From: Pirellulales bacterium
Lineage (GTDB): Bacteria; Planctomycetota; Planctomycetia; Pirellulales; JAICIG01
Assembly: GCA_040901675.1 (NCBI GenBank)
Contig: JBBDYJ010000031.1
Span: 121,220 to 185,219, forward strand
Reading direction: 5' to 3'
DNA length: 64,000 nt
Below the pieces are notes generated by a model. It searched no databases and had not been told where the DNA came from. It saw only the letters and a program-made list of their open reading frames with translations. Position 1 is the stretch's first letter, and each line of letters starts with the position of its first letter. The position numbers were made by a program, and so were the translations under genes. This document shows, in pieces, positions 30,594 to 40,391 of this stretch.

Positions 30594-31774
30594 GCCCGCC
30601 CCGCCTGGTGCTGGTCACGCGCCGCTTCTGGCCGCTGGTCGGAGGGGCCGAAACGGTCATGGCCCGGCTGGCCGCCGCTTTCCAGTCGCGCGGCGCCGCG
30701 ACCACGGTGCTCACGGCACGCTGGCAGGCCGACTGGCCGGCCGAGATCGAACACCATGGGGTCCGCGCCGTGCGGCTGCCCAACCCGGCCGCGCGCGGCT
30801 GGGGCACCTGGCGCTACATGCAGGCCCTGGCTCGCTGGCTGCGGACCAACCGCTCGCAGTTCGACCTGGTCTACGTGTCGATGCTCAAGCACGACGCCTA
30901 CGCGGCCGTGGGCGAGGGGCGGCGAGGCGGCTTCCCAGTCGCCCTGCGGGCCGAGGGCGCCGGTTTGACGGGCGACTGCCACTGGCAGCTCAACGCCCGC
31001 TGCGGCCTGCGAATCAAGCGGCGGCTGATGCAGGCCGACGCCCTGCTGGGGCCCAGCCCGGCCATCGAGCGCGAGCTGATCGCCGCCGGCTACCCTCGCG
31101 ATCGGATCCACTATCTGCCCAACGGCGTGCCTGTTCGGCCGCCGCGCCAGCCGTCGGAGCGGCAGGAGGCCCGCCAGGCACTGGCTGAAGCGGACGGCGT
31201 TTTCGCGCTTGCTCCGGACGCACCGCTGGTCGTCTACACGGGCCGGCTGCACGAGATGAAGGGCCTCGATCACTTGCTGTCGGCCTGGCCGGCCGTGCTG
31301 GCCCGGCATCCGGGGGCACGGCTGTGGCTGGTGGGCGAGGGACCGTTTCGGCCGCGGCTGATCGAGCAGATCGAGAACCTGGGGCTTTCGACCAGCGTCC
31401 TGCTGGCGGGGCTTTACGACGACGTGGAGGATTTTTTGCTGGCGGCCGACGTGTTCGTCCTGCCATCGTTGGAAGAAGGGATGTCGGTGGCGTTGCTGGA
31501 AGCGATGGCCGCCGGCCTGCCGGTGGTGGCCAGTTCGATCGCGGCCAATGCGCCGTTGGTTGAAGATGGCCGGCATGGGCGGCTGGTTCCGCCGGGCGAC
31601 TCGGCCGCGCTGGCCGCCGCCTTGGCCGAGCTGCTCGAGCAGCCGGACGCCGCGGCGCGGCTTGGCTCCAGCGCGCGCGAGCGGGTCGAGGCCCGGTTTT
31701 CGATTGCTCGCATGGTCGAAGCGCACCTGGAGCTGTTCGATCGGCTGCTGGAGCGTCGCAAGACGCCGGCTTGA
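30590..31774 (+). CDS. Glycosyltransferase family 4
   Basis: GTGA overlap with hpt; FWPLVGGAE, LPNGV, TGRLHEMKG, FVLPSLEEGMSVALLEAMAAG. Confidence 0.92.
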   Translation: MSPPRLVLVTRRFWPLVGGAETVMARLAAAFQSRGAATTVLTARWQADWPAEIEHHGVRAVRLPNPAARGWGTWRYMQALARWLRTNRSQFDLVYVSMLKHDAYAAVGEGRRGGFPVALRAEGAGLTGDCHWQLNARCGLRIKRRLMQADALLGPSPAIERELIAAGYPRDRIHYLPNGVPVRPPRQPSERQEARQALAEADGVFALAPDAPLVVYTGRLHEMKGLDHLLSAWPAVLARHPGARLWLVGEGPFRPRLIEQIENLGLSTSVLLAGLYDDVEDFLLAADVFVLPSLEEGMSVALLEAMAAGLPVVASSIAANAPLVEDGRHGRLVPPGDSAALAAALAELLEQPDAAARLGSSARERVEARFSIARMVEAHLELFDRLLERRKTPA

Positions 31775-31810
31775 CAAGAAACCTGATAAGAAAACCGGCG
31801 GCAGGCAGGC

Positions 31811-32950
31811 GTGCCTGCGCCACAACAAGCGAATCGCCCTGCCGTGCCCGTGCCGCATCGCATTGCCCTGGTTATTCCGACGCTGGACCGCGCAGGGGCC
31901 GAGAAGCAACTGGTGCTCCTGGCCCGCGGGCTGCCGCGCGGCGAGTTCGACGTGCACGTCTGCGTGCTCACGCACGGTGGCCCGCTGGAGGCCGAGCTGG
32001 CCGAGGCCGGTGTCCCGGTTTCGATCATCGGAAAGCAGGGCAAGCTCGATCCGATGGCACTGGTGCGGTTGAAAAAGCACCTGGCGGGCTTGCGGCCCGA
32101 CCTGGTACACACCTGGCTGTTCGCGGCCAACAGCTACGGCCGGGCGGCGGCGTTGTGGGCCGGCGTGAAGCGGATCGTGGCCGGCGAGCGGTCGGTCGAC
32201 CCATGGAAGGCCTGGCACGAGCTGGCCATCGACCGCTGCCTGGCCCGGCGGACCGATCGGATCGTCGTCAATAGCTCGGGGGTGCGCGACTTCTACGTCC
32301 GGCACGGGCTGCCCGGGGACCAGTTCACGGTGATTCCCAACGGCGTCGACGTCCGCGCGGCGATGGCCGCCGACAAGGACGCGTGCCTGGCCGAGCTGGG
32401 TTTGCCGGCCGGTGCCAGGCTGATCGGGGCGGTGGGCCGGCTCTGGCCTCAGAAGCGCGTCAAGGACCTGATCTGGGCGGCCGACATGCTCAAGTTCATC
32501 CGCGACGACGTACACCTGCTGGTGATTGGCGAGGGTCCGCAGCGGGAGCGATTGGAGCGGTACCGGCGGCAGATGCGGATTGAAGACCGGGTACACTTCT
32601 TGGGGCACCGCCCGGACGTGCCGCGCCTGTTGCCCAACTTCGACGTGCTCTGGCTGGCGAGCGAGTACGAAGGCATGCCCAACGTGATCATGGAAGCGAT
32701 GGCGGCCCAGGTTCCGGTGGTGGCGACCGACATCTCCGGCAATCGCGACCTGGTGGTGTCCGGCGAGACCGGATACCTGGTACCCGTCGGCGACCGGGGC
32801 GCCTTGGTCCGCGCAACGCACAGAATCCTGAACGACGCCGCGCTAGCTCATCGTTTGGGTTCCGCCGGCCGCCAGCGCATGCTCGATCACTTCAGCGTGG
32901 CCGCCATGGTCGAGCGTCACGCCGCCTTGTATCGCGAGCTGCTGGCGTGA
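31811..32950 (+). CDS. Glycosyltransferase family 4
   Basis: LDRAGAEKQL, IPNGVD, VGRLWPQKR, SEYEGMPNVIMEAMAA. Confidence 0.92.
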   Translation: MPAPQQANRPAVPVPHRIALVIPTLDRAGAEKQLVLLARGLPRGEFDVHVCVLTHGGPLEAELAEAGVPVSIIGKQGKLDPMALVRLKKHLAGLRPDLVHTWLFAANSYGRAAALWAGVKRIVAGERSVDPWKAWHELAIDRCLARRTDRIVVNSSGVRDFYVRHGLPGDQFTVIPNGVDVRAAMAADKDACLAELGLPAGARLIGAVGRLWPQKRVKDLIWAADMLKFIRDDVHLLVIGEGPQRERLERYRRQMRIEDRVHFLGHRPDVPRLLPNFDVLWLASEYEGMPNVIMEAMAAQVPVVATDISGNRDLVVSGETGYLVPVGDRGALVRATHRILNDAALAHRLGSAGRQRMLDHFSVAAMVERHAALYRELLA

Positions 32951-32987
32951 ATACGCCGAAATACTGAGTCGCTCGGCCTCGCTCATT

Positions 32988-33135
32988 CGCCCCGAAGGGG
33001 CCGCAAGACATCAGCCCAGGGCAGAGCGCAGCGGCGTCAGCCGCAAAGCGCCGCCCTGGGGAACCCCCACGGTACATTTTGCATCCAGCCCTGCAAGGGC
33101 GAAACAAGGTCAGCTTCGTGGCTTGTGCCGCCCTT
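32988..33135. repeat. REP-like palindromic cluster
   Basis: GCCCCGAAGGGGC, CCCAGGGC...GCCCTGGG and GCCCTGCAAGGGC hairpins between convergent genes. Confidence 0.6.
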
Positions 33136-35794
33136 ATCTTTCACCAAGCCCCTTCGGGGCAGGCGGATCGGGTTCCGCCTCCCAAGGGAGACCGATGATT
33201 TCGACGAGCAGGCGGTTCAGCTCGGTCCCGACGGCTTTCATGGAAAGCACCTTGCCATCGCGGCCCACCAGGATGTGCGTCGGATAGCTGCTGATGCCAT
33301 AGCGCTGGGCAGTTGGCTGTATTCCATCGGCATCGGCGGCCAGCACCGGCCAGGTGATCTCGTGCTTGTCGAGAAAGCGCTTGAGAACGTCGCCGTTCTG
33401 GTCGATTGTGATGCCGACGATCTCGAAGCCGCGCTCATGGTAGCGCTCGAAACAATGCTTCAAATACGGCAGCTCGGCGATGCACGGCTCGCATCCCATG
33501 AACCAGAACTCGACCAGCACCACCTTGCCCCGATAGGCCGCCCAATCGAACACCTTGCCATCGACAGTCTTGCCGGTCACCTCGATCTTGTGTCCGGGCA
33601 ACGCCGCTTGACGGTCGGCTCCTTCGAGTCGGTTAACCAGCTCAATCAGCGAACCGGCATGCTCGCCCAGCAATGGGGTTAACTGCCTTCCGCCCTTGAT
33701 GGCCAGTTCTTTGCGGCCGGAACCGTGAATGCGCCAAACCGCCATGCCAGCCAGATCGTTGTCACCAGCGTTCGGATTCCTGTTGGCGATATACTTCTTA
33801 AGATCTTCGAGCAACCGCGCTTGTTCCTCGGCATTCGCTTTTCCCGCTGCCTCGATCCTAGCGACCAGCGCCAGGTATCCCTCGGGGACCGCTTCTCCGG
33901 TTTCCGTGGCCATCAGTTGCTCGTGGGTCGCACGGCTGTTCATTTCGTCCTGCGTGATGACTCGCCGACTGCCGTCGAGCCGAACCAGATAGGTCACCCA
34001 TCCCTTGCGGTCCGCGTCTCGGCGGTCGTTGACTCTGGTCCCCGGCGGAAAGTCGAATGCGAACGCCTCGTCATTGATTCTTGGGTTGAGCTCGAAACGG
34101 CTGACTTTGGCCGATCTTCGGGATTGCACGGTGGCCGGGGCGCTGCCGTCGGCCATCCTCCCAAAATGCGTGAACTGCCAGCGCGAGGGATGCCACGCAT
34201 CCTGCTCTTCATCCTTGGAGTATTCGATCTCTGTCTGAGTCGAGGGGTCCGCGTCCGCGGCGTGACGGGTCATCACTTGTACTGGAAGGAAGCCGCGCTC
34301 GGGATCGACGACCAGTGAGAAGCGGAGGCCTCTGCCAGCCATTCGCTGATCGAGCCGCCAACACTCGCGGCCCCCTACATCCACCGCCTCATTCACGAGT
34401 TCGAATTCCGCCAGGCGAATTGGACGGCCCTGAAAAACCACCATGTCGAACGGGCGAAGCGGAAGAATGATGGGGAGGTGAAGGAGGCTCTTCAGTTCAT
34501 CAGATCTCTCCCGGCGGTTGATAAAACCGATGGCATGGAATCGTCGTTCTTCGGCCTCATCGGCACCAAAAAACGAGCAGCTCTCGACGCCGTCAAAAAT
34601 GTCGACATAGCGCCGCGGAAGGAACTCGACTCGTTCGGTGATCCAGTGTGGTCCATGGAACGAATGCCGCAATCGGCGTCCATCATATACAAGCTCACGG
34701 GACTTGGTGATGGTGAGATCCTCTGGAGGACCGAAGCGTACAGGCGAGCTCCTCAAATTACCCACATGGGAATTCTTCGCCACGAACTCGGTCTGCTCCC
34801 AGGCGACCGAAAACGCCTGGTTCTTCGCCTGGCGGGCCTGCCAGGCGCGTTCGATCATCGCGATCTTCGCATCCGGCTTGCTCGGCTGGGCGGCCTCGGC
34901 TGGTGGAGGACCTGTCGCCTGAGCCGCCGCCGGCTCAGCCACCGCCTGTGCGGCATCGGCTGGTCCCGGCTCGGCGGCCAGCGCGCGATAACCGATTACG
35001 GCGGCCGAGGCCGCAACGACGCCGGTCGCCAGCGAGGCGACGAGCGCCATTTTCATTTTGGATACGGCCATGGTCTGGATAACTCCTTGTGTCAAGAGTG
35101 CCACGTTGGCCGAAACGGCGCCCGCCGTCACGGTATTGCCCGCGAATGCGGAGGCGGCCTGGAGCGTGGCCGCCTCCAACTGGGCCGATACGCCGGCGGC
35201 CGCCTGCTCGGCCAAGGCGGAGACGACGGCCGCCGGACCCAGCGCGAGTCCTCGCTTGGACAGCCGCCTGCGCAATAGTTCGCGCCCCCTGGCCAGGCGG
35301 CTCGACAAGGTGCCTTCGGGCACGCCGAGCTGCCGGGCCGCCTCCTGGCGGCTTCGGCCTTCCAGGTCGGCCAGCACGATGGCCGCGCGGTACTTGTCCG
35401 GCAGGCGGCTGAGCTCATTGTCCAGGATCGACTTCAGCTCGAGCAGATCGGGGCTTGGCGGCTGGCCCGGTATTTCGCGTTCAATTGGCCGGCTCTCCCT
35501 GGTTTTGCGGTTGGCGTTCATGGTTTGCGCCTTGAGTGCCGTGCGGTGGGCAACGCCGTACAGCCAGTTGCCTACCATGTCTCTGGGGACGATCGACGGG
35601 GCTTTGCGGACCAGGACCAGAAAGGTGGCTTGAAAAGCATCGTCGGCATCGTGCGAGTCGCCCAGCGCCCGCCGGCAGACGGCCAGCACCATCGGCCCAT
35701 GCCGGCGGAGCAGTTCGGCAAAGGCCGCCTCGTCCCGGCCGGCGATGTACCGCTCCAGGAGCTGGCCGTCCGTCAGCGGTTCGACGTCGTTCAT
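33134..35794 (-). CDS. ECF sigma factor with transmembrane anchor and C-terminal TlpA/thioredoxin-like domain (886 aa)
   Basis: Sigma2 (DEAAFAELLRRHGPMV...DDAFQATFLVL); sigma4 (LPDKYRAAIVL...EAARQLGVPEGTLSSRLARGR); hydrophobic helix; C-terminal GKVVLVEFWFMGCEPC...YGISSYPTHILVGRDG. Confidence 0.88.
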   Translation of the reverse strand: MNDVEPLTDGQLLERYIAGRDEAAFAELLRRHGPMVLAVCRRALGDSHDADDAFQATFLVLVRKAPSIVPRDMVGNWLYGVAHRTALKAQTMNANRKTRESRPIEREIPGQPPSPDLLELKSILDNELSRLPDKYRAAIVLADLEGRSRQEAARQLGVPEGTLSSRLARGRELLRRRLSKRGLALGPAAVVSALAEQAAAGVSAQLEAATLQAASAFAGNTVTAGAVSANVALLTQGVIQTMAVSKMKMALVASLATGVVAASAAVIGYRALAAEPGPADAAQAVAEPAAAQATGPPPAEAAQPSKPDAKIAMIERAWQARQAKNQAFSVAWEQTEFVAKNSHVGNLRSSPVRFGPPEDLTITKSRELVYDGRRLRHSFHGPHWITERVEFLPRRYVDIFDGVESCSFFGADEAEERRFHAIGFINRRERSDELKSLLHLPIILPLRPFDMVVFQGRPIRLAEFELVNEAVDVGGRECWRLDQRMAGRGLRFSLVVDPERGFLPVQVMTRHAADADPSTQTEIEYSKDEEQDAWHPSRWQFTHFGRMADGSAPATVQSRRSAKVSRFELNPRINDEAFAFDFPPGTRVNDRRDADRKGWVTYLVRLDGSRRVITQDEMNSRATHEQLMATETGEAVPEGYLALVARIEAAGKANAEEQARLLEDLKKYIANRNPNAGDNDLAGMAVWRIHGSGRKELAIKGGRQLTPLLGEHAGSLIELVNRLEGADRQAALPGHKIEVTGKTVDGKVFDWAAYRGKVVLVEFWFMGCEPCIAELPYLKHCFERYHERGFEIVGITIDQNGDVLKRFLDKHEITWPVLAADADGIQPTAQRYGISSYPTHILVGRDGKVLSMKAVGTELNRLLVEIIGLPWEAEPDPPAPKGLGER

Positions 35795-36057
35795 GAAGCT
35801 AGTGGTCGGTGGTCGGTGGTTAGTGGCTCCGCCTGCGGCGGACTTGCAGCACGCGCGAGGTCGGCGACGAAGGTGGATCTTCGACGGGCGCATCCGGCTA
35901 CGCGCCGGATTGCCGTCCGGCCCCGTGAACCTCACCTATGTATTGCCGCAGCCGGGCCCGCGCGTCCAATAATTTGCATAATTTGCAAAAAAAGGCGATT
36001 TCGGTAGGAGAAATCCTGGTGGAGGCGGAACGCGGCCCGAATTCTGGCGCTCTCCGG

Positions 36058-36945
36058 CTACGCCAGCGGATCCAGCGAGTCAGGCACGGCCGCTGGGCTC
36101 TCTCGGCTCGCATCGACCGTTGGAACGAGCCGGTAGCCGCACAGCCGCACGACGAGCAACGTAGCGACCGTGATCGCCGCCTGGCAGGCAGCCAATGCCA
36201 TCCAGACATGCACCGGTTCTCGACCCCCTTGCTGAACCAAGTAGTGGTGCGGGATTGCGCCAACCGGCGCACAAGCAGTGATCGCCGCCAGCGCCGGCAG
36301 CACGACTCTTTTGGGTACGAGGGTCGCGGATGCGGCAACCCAGCCAATCCACCCCAGGCTGAAGCTCAAGATAAAGGTGACGGCGACGTCACTATCGTGC
36401 TTCCCAACGAAATCATAAACGGTAAGCAGGCCGGCGAAGGCCGCGGTAAAGCAGAACAAAAAGCGGATCGTGATCTGAACAGGACTCCGACTATCCGTAA
36501 GCCCTCCAGCCAAGGCGAGGCGAAGGCGCGGCTTGAAGCGTCCGAAGATTGTCGCGGCCAGGAAGGCAGGCATGATTGAAAAGGCGGCAAGAAGCAAGGA
36601 AATCACGGCGTCATCAGCTTCGAGTGACTCCGCCGACAGGAACGACAAAGACCACAAGTAGAGGAGCCCAAGGGCCGTGCCTGCCAGACGGCGCAGCGGC
36701 GAAACAAGCGAAAGCGCCGCCCAAAGCCCTACCAGGCCGGCCGCACTGAAAACGTACGCGACAAACAGAACCGTGCCTGGCGTGGGCGAAGGCTGCGGAT
36801 CAACCAGCCGGGCGGCCACAATCCCGAGTACGACGTGGGCGGCGACCAGCACGTAGATGATCCGCCGCCGCCTGGCTGGTGTCATGGGTTCCGCGGTTGG
36901 TGGCGCTGAAGCTGCTTTTGCGCCATTTTCTTCGCCGGCATTCAT
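36058..36945 (-). CDS. Multi-pass membrane hypothetical protein
   Basis: About 8 hydrophobic helices; internal duplicated 'F/GYRL' and QITIRFL motifs. Confidence 0.75.
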   Translation of the reverse strand: MNAGEENGAKAASAPPTAEPMTPARRRRIIYVLVAAHVVLGIVAARLVDPQPSPTPGTVLFVAYVFSAAGLVGLWAALSLVSPLRRLAGTALGLLYLWSLSFLSAESLEADDAVISLLLAAFSIMPAFLAATIFGRFKPRLRLALAGGLTDSRSPVQITIRFLFCFTAAFAGLLTVYDFVGKHDSDVAVTFILSFSLGWIGWVAASATLVPKRVVLPALAAITACAPVGAIPHHYLVQQGGREPVHVWMALAACQAAITVATLLVVRLCGYRLVPTVDASRESPAAVPDSLDPLA

Positions 36946-36999
36946 GGAGTGGCCCGCGCGGTCACGACGTCGTTCTTAGCGGCGATACGTTGCGCCAGG

Positions 37000-37312
37000 G
37001 GGACTGTCGCCCCCTTCGGGGCTTACGGCGTTGTCGGTGGCGCGTTTCCGGGAGCTTACGCACCCCGGCTATTAACTTTCGCCCCGTCCGGGGCTGTCCG
37101 GCATGCCCTCTGTAACTCCAACCATGCACGCCAGCCCTATAGCCCGCGAAGCGGGCGCTAGTCAATAGCCGGGCGGCGTAAGCCCCCGGTTTGCGAACCG
37201 ACATGCCAGTCTTCAGCCCCGAAGCGGGCGACAGTTGCCTTCCGCGGCCGACGACCCCGCGGGCGGCGCCCAGCGTTTGGACGTCCGGAACTCTGGCGAA
37301 TTCCGCTACGGG
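37000..37312. repeat. REP-like cluster
   Basis: Several GCCCC(C/G)NNNGGGGC hairpins; TAGCCCGCG(A/G)AGCGGGCG...AATAGCCGGGCGGCGTAAGCCCCCGGTT recurs at about 47302-47400. Confidence 0.75.
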
Positions 37313-37320
37313 GCGCCAGC

Positions 37321-38040
37321 TCAGTCCAGCACCTTGATCCGCGCGTTGCGGATTTGCGCGTGGTCGCCGCCGCGGCTGAGTTCCTGAAAACCGATGTGGC
37401 CGCGGCGCGGACGGTCCTTGATGGGAGGCGCGTCGCTGCCGTCGTGCCGCTTGACTGTCTCGCCGTAGTCGTCCAGGTCCAGGTCGTGGATCAGCTCGCC
37501 ATTCAAGGTCACGCGAAGCCGTGGGCCCTTCAAGCGGATCTCGTAGCGGTTCCACTCGGTCGGCTTGTAAACCTGCCGGCGAGGGGCGATGGCCCGATAG
37601 ATGCCGCCCGTCAGCTCGGAGTCCTTGGCCTCGGTATTGTAACGCAGATCGGCCATCTGCAGCTCCAGGCCGTCGAAGGCCGGATCGCCGAAGCCGGGCG
37701 CACGCAGGGCGCAGCCGCTGTTGCCAAGCTCGCTGAGCTTGAACTCGAACTCCAACTCGAAATCGTCGTACTCGCGGTCGCTGAAGAGCCAAGTGCCTCG
37801 CTCGCTGCCGTGCAGGATGCCGTCCTTCACAACCCACTCGGCCCCTTCGTCCGCCGGTTTGGCGACGTCGTTCCAACGCCGGACTTGCCAGCCTTCAGGC
37901 ACGCCGTCGCGGGGGAACAACGGCTCGAAGCCCGGCTCGGCCGCCACCGCCGGCAGCAGCATGACCAGAGCGAGAACGGCGCCCGCCAGCGGCCGGCGGA
38001 CGAGCGGCGAAGGACTGGACGCGCTGCGAATCACTCTCAT
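37321..38040 (-). CDS. DUF1080 (3-keto-disaccharide hydrolase) family protein
   Basis: GFEPLF, WVVKDG, YDDFELEFEFK, GNSG, LELQ, EWNRYEI, GHIGFQ, RNARIK. Confidence 0.9.
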   Translation of the reverse strand: MRVIRSASSPSPLVRRPLAGAVLALVMLLPAVAAEPGFEPLFPRDGVPEGWQVRRWNDVAKPADEGAEWVVKDGILHGSERGTWLFSDREYDDFELEFEFKLSELGNSGCALRAPGFGDPAFDGLELQMADLRYNTEAKDSELTGGIYRAIAPRRQVYKPTEWNRYEIRLKGPRLRVTLNGELIHDLDLDDYGETVKRHDGSDAPPIKDRPRRGHIGFQELSRGGDHAQIRNARIKVLD

Positions 38041-38203
38041 TTGAGCCCTCCGGCGGCCGGGCGGCCTCACGGCGTTCGTAGTGACACCACTCAAGCCCAG
38101 AACGACCATCAACGCGCAGGATCCGGATGGCTTGACCGGCCAGCCGGATCCCGTGTTGCCCAGATTATCGAAACGACCGCGCCGATGCGCTCGCTACCAC
38201 CGT

Positions 38204-38893
38204 TCAATAGGCGAACGTGGCCAGAAACGCACTGCGCGTGTTGGGGTTGGTCCAACGCTGGCCCAGGCCGCGGCCGGCGAAACCGCCGTCGACGGTGAAA
38301 GCGGGCGCCGAGTTCTCCACCTCGGTCAAGGGCGGATAGTAGATCTCCTCGTTCGTGCACACGCAGTCTCCCTTGGCGAGCTTGCGGGTCGTCAAGTGCA
38401 CCTCGTCGCCGGCCTGGATCTGGCCCACCATGTCGATGTGGTCGAGCTTGATCTCGATCGGCAGCGAAGCGACACGGACCGTCTCACCGCCCAGCTTGCC
38501 GGCCCGCTGGCGGGCAAAACCGGCCAGCGCCGCGCGCTGCGACTCGTTGGCCCGCTCGTCGACCAACACCACCGACCTGATCGGCTCGGTGCGCGTGACG
38601 GCCTCGGCGAAGCCCAACGTCTCCACGGCACGCACCACCAGCACCACGTTCAACCCCGACAGGTCGACCCCCTCGTGGCTCCCCTCCTCGATGTTCCAAG
38701 CCAGAATGGCCTGCTGGCCGGTGATACCCATCTCGGCGTTGGCAAAGCAGGGACCCGTGTAGACGTCGCAGGTGCGGGTCTCGATGTAGTTGCCGCTGAT
38801 TTCGGCCGCCGAAGCGCCGCCGACGAGCAAGCCAAATGCCAAGACGACCGCGCCGACGACCGCCGCGGCCTTGCGATTCACGTTACGAAGCAT
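38204..38893 (-). CDS. DUF1326 family secreted protein
   Basis: Signal peptide; GNYIETRTCDVYTGPCFAN; CTNEEIYYPPL. Confidence 0.75.
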   Translation of the reverse strand: MLRNVNRKAAAVVGAVVLAFGLLVGGASAAEISGNYIETRTCDVYTGPCFANAEMGITGQQAILAWNIEEGSHEGVDLSGLNVVLVVRAVETLGFAEAVTRTEPIRSVVLVDERANESQRAALAGFARQRAGKLGGETVRVASLPIEIKLDHIDMVGQIQAGDEVHLTTRKLAKGDCVCTNEEIYYPPLTEVENSAPAFTVDGGFAGRGLGQRWTNPNTRSAFLATFAY

Positions 38894-39089
38894 GCTTCCA
38901 TCCCCCTGTATTCAAGCGGGTTGAGTTGAATGTGTTGCCCTGCCGGGACCACCCGGCATTTTAGCCATCGCCGAGGCGATGGTCCAGCGGGGGTTGTCCT
39001 TCCTTGTCGCTTCCCGGGGCGACGATTATGCTGGACGGCATCGACCGCTGCCCCCCCCACGCACACCCACCGGCCCCAGGAGTTCCCAG

Positions 39090-40364
39090 ATGCTGCCAGC
39101 CAACCATGTTTCGCGGCGCCATTTTCTGGCCAGCGGCACCGCGGCCGCGGCCGTCGCCTGGACGGCCAAGAGCTACGCCCGCGTGATTGGGGCCAACGAC
39201 CGGATAGGCATCGGTTTTATCGGCGCCGGCGGCATGGGCAACGCCCACCTGGACGCAATCAATCAATTGCGCGAGCCGGACAACGTCGAGGCGGTCGCCG
39301 TGGCCGATTGCTGGCTCACGCGGGCCGACGAGGGAGCCAAGAAGGCCGCCGCGCCCCATGCGTTCGGCGATTACCGCAAACTGCTCGATCTCAAACAGAT
39401 CGACTACGTCAACATCGCCACGCCCGAGCACTGGCATGCCCGGATGACGCTCGAGGCGCTCGACGCGGGGAAGGCGGTCTACTGCGAAAAGCCGATGACC
39501 CACGCCATCCCCGAGGCCCTGGAGGTGGTCAAGAAGCAGCAGGCGACCGGCCTGGCCCTGCAGGTCGGCGTGCAAGCCATGTCCGACGACAGCTACGCCT
39601 CGGCCGCCGAGGCCATCGAGAAGGGCGTGATCGGCCGGGTGGTGCAGGCCCAGATCGAGTACGTTCGCCGCTACGACCAGGCGGGCCCCTGGCGGGCCGG
39701 CATCGACGACAACCTGCCCAAGCCGGCCGATCTCGACTGGGACGCCTGGCTGGGCAAAGCCCCGAAGATCGAGTGGAACCCGCATCACTACCACGAATGG
39801 CGGAACTACTCGGCCTATTCCGGCGGGATCTGCACCGACCTGTTCATCCACCGCATCACCCGGATCATGCGGGCCTGCAAGCTCACCTATCCCCGCCGCG
39901 TGGTCGGCATGGGGGGCATCTGGCAATGGCCCGACGGCCGCGACCTGCCCGACAATTTCGAGATGATCTGCGAGTATCCCCGCGGCATGACGGTCTACGT
40001 GCTGGGGACGATGAGCAACCGCGTGGGCATCGATCACCTGATCCGCGGCTACCGCGGCACGTTGTATTTCACTCCCAGCGGCTGGGTGGCCAAGGACAAG
40101 GACGGCAAGACGCTGGCCAGCCACGAACGGACGGGCGGCGAGGACATCAACCTGCACCACAACAACCTGCACCGCCACCTGCGCGAGGGAGTTCCGTTGA
40201 ACTGCCCGGCCGAGCTCGGTTTGGCCGGCGTCGTGGCGGTAAACATGGCGAACGAATCGTGGCGCAGCGGCCAGATGATGGGCTGGGACAAGCAAAAACA
40301 GGCCATGGTCCCGGCCAACACGATCGATTGGAAGCCGTTTCCCGAAGAGGATACCGCGGCCTGA
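39090..40364 (+). CDS. Gfo/Idh/MocA oxidoreductase with Tat signal
   Basis: SRRHFL; GANDRIGIGFIGAGGMG; IATPEHWH; VYCEKP; LDWDAWLG. Confidence 0.92.
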   Translation: MLPANHVSRRHFLASGTAAAAVAWTAKSYARVIGANDRIGIGFIGAGGMGNAHLDAINQLREPDNVEAVAVADCWLTRADEGAKKAAAPHAFGDYRKLLDLKQIDYVNIATPEHWHARMTLEALDAGKAVYCEKPMTHAIPEALEVVKKQQATGLALQVGVQAMSDDSYASAAEAIEKGVIGRVVQAQIEYVRRYDQAGPWRAGIDDNLPKPADLDWDAWLGKAPKIEWNPHHYHEWRNYSAYSGGICTDLFIHRITRIMRACKLTYPRRVVGMGGIWQWPDGRDLPDNFEMICEYPRGMTVYVLGTMSNRVGIDHLIRGYRGTLYFTPSGWVAKDKDGKTLASHERTGGEDINLHHNNLHRHLREGVPLNCPAELGLAGVVAVNMANESWRSGQMMGWDKQKQAMVPANTIDWKPFPEEDTAA

Positions 40365-40391
40365 CAGATACCACGGCTACCACGGCACGAA

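Noticed and set aside
29999..31774. 591-aa fused hpt-glycosyltransferase ORF
   Set aside because: hpt is in a different frame and ends at 30593; the GT4 starts at GTG 30590 with a 4-bp overlap.
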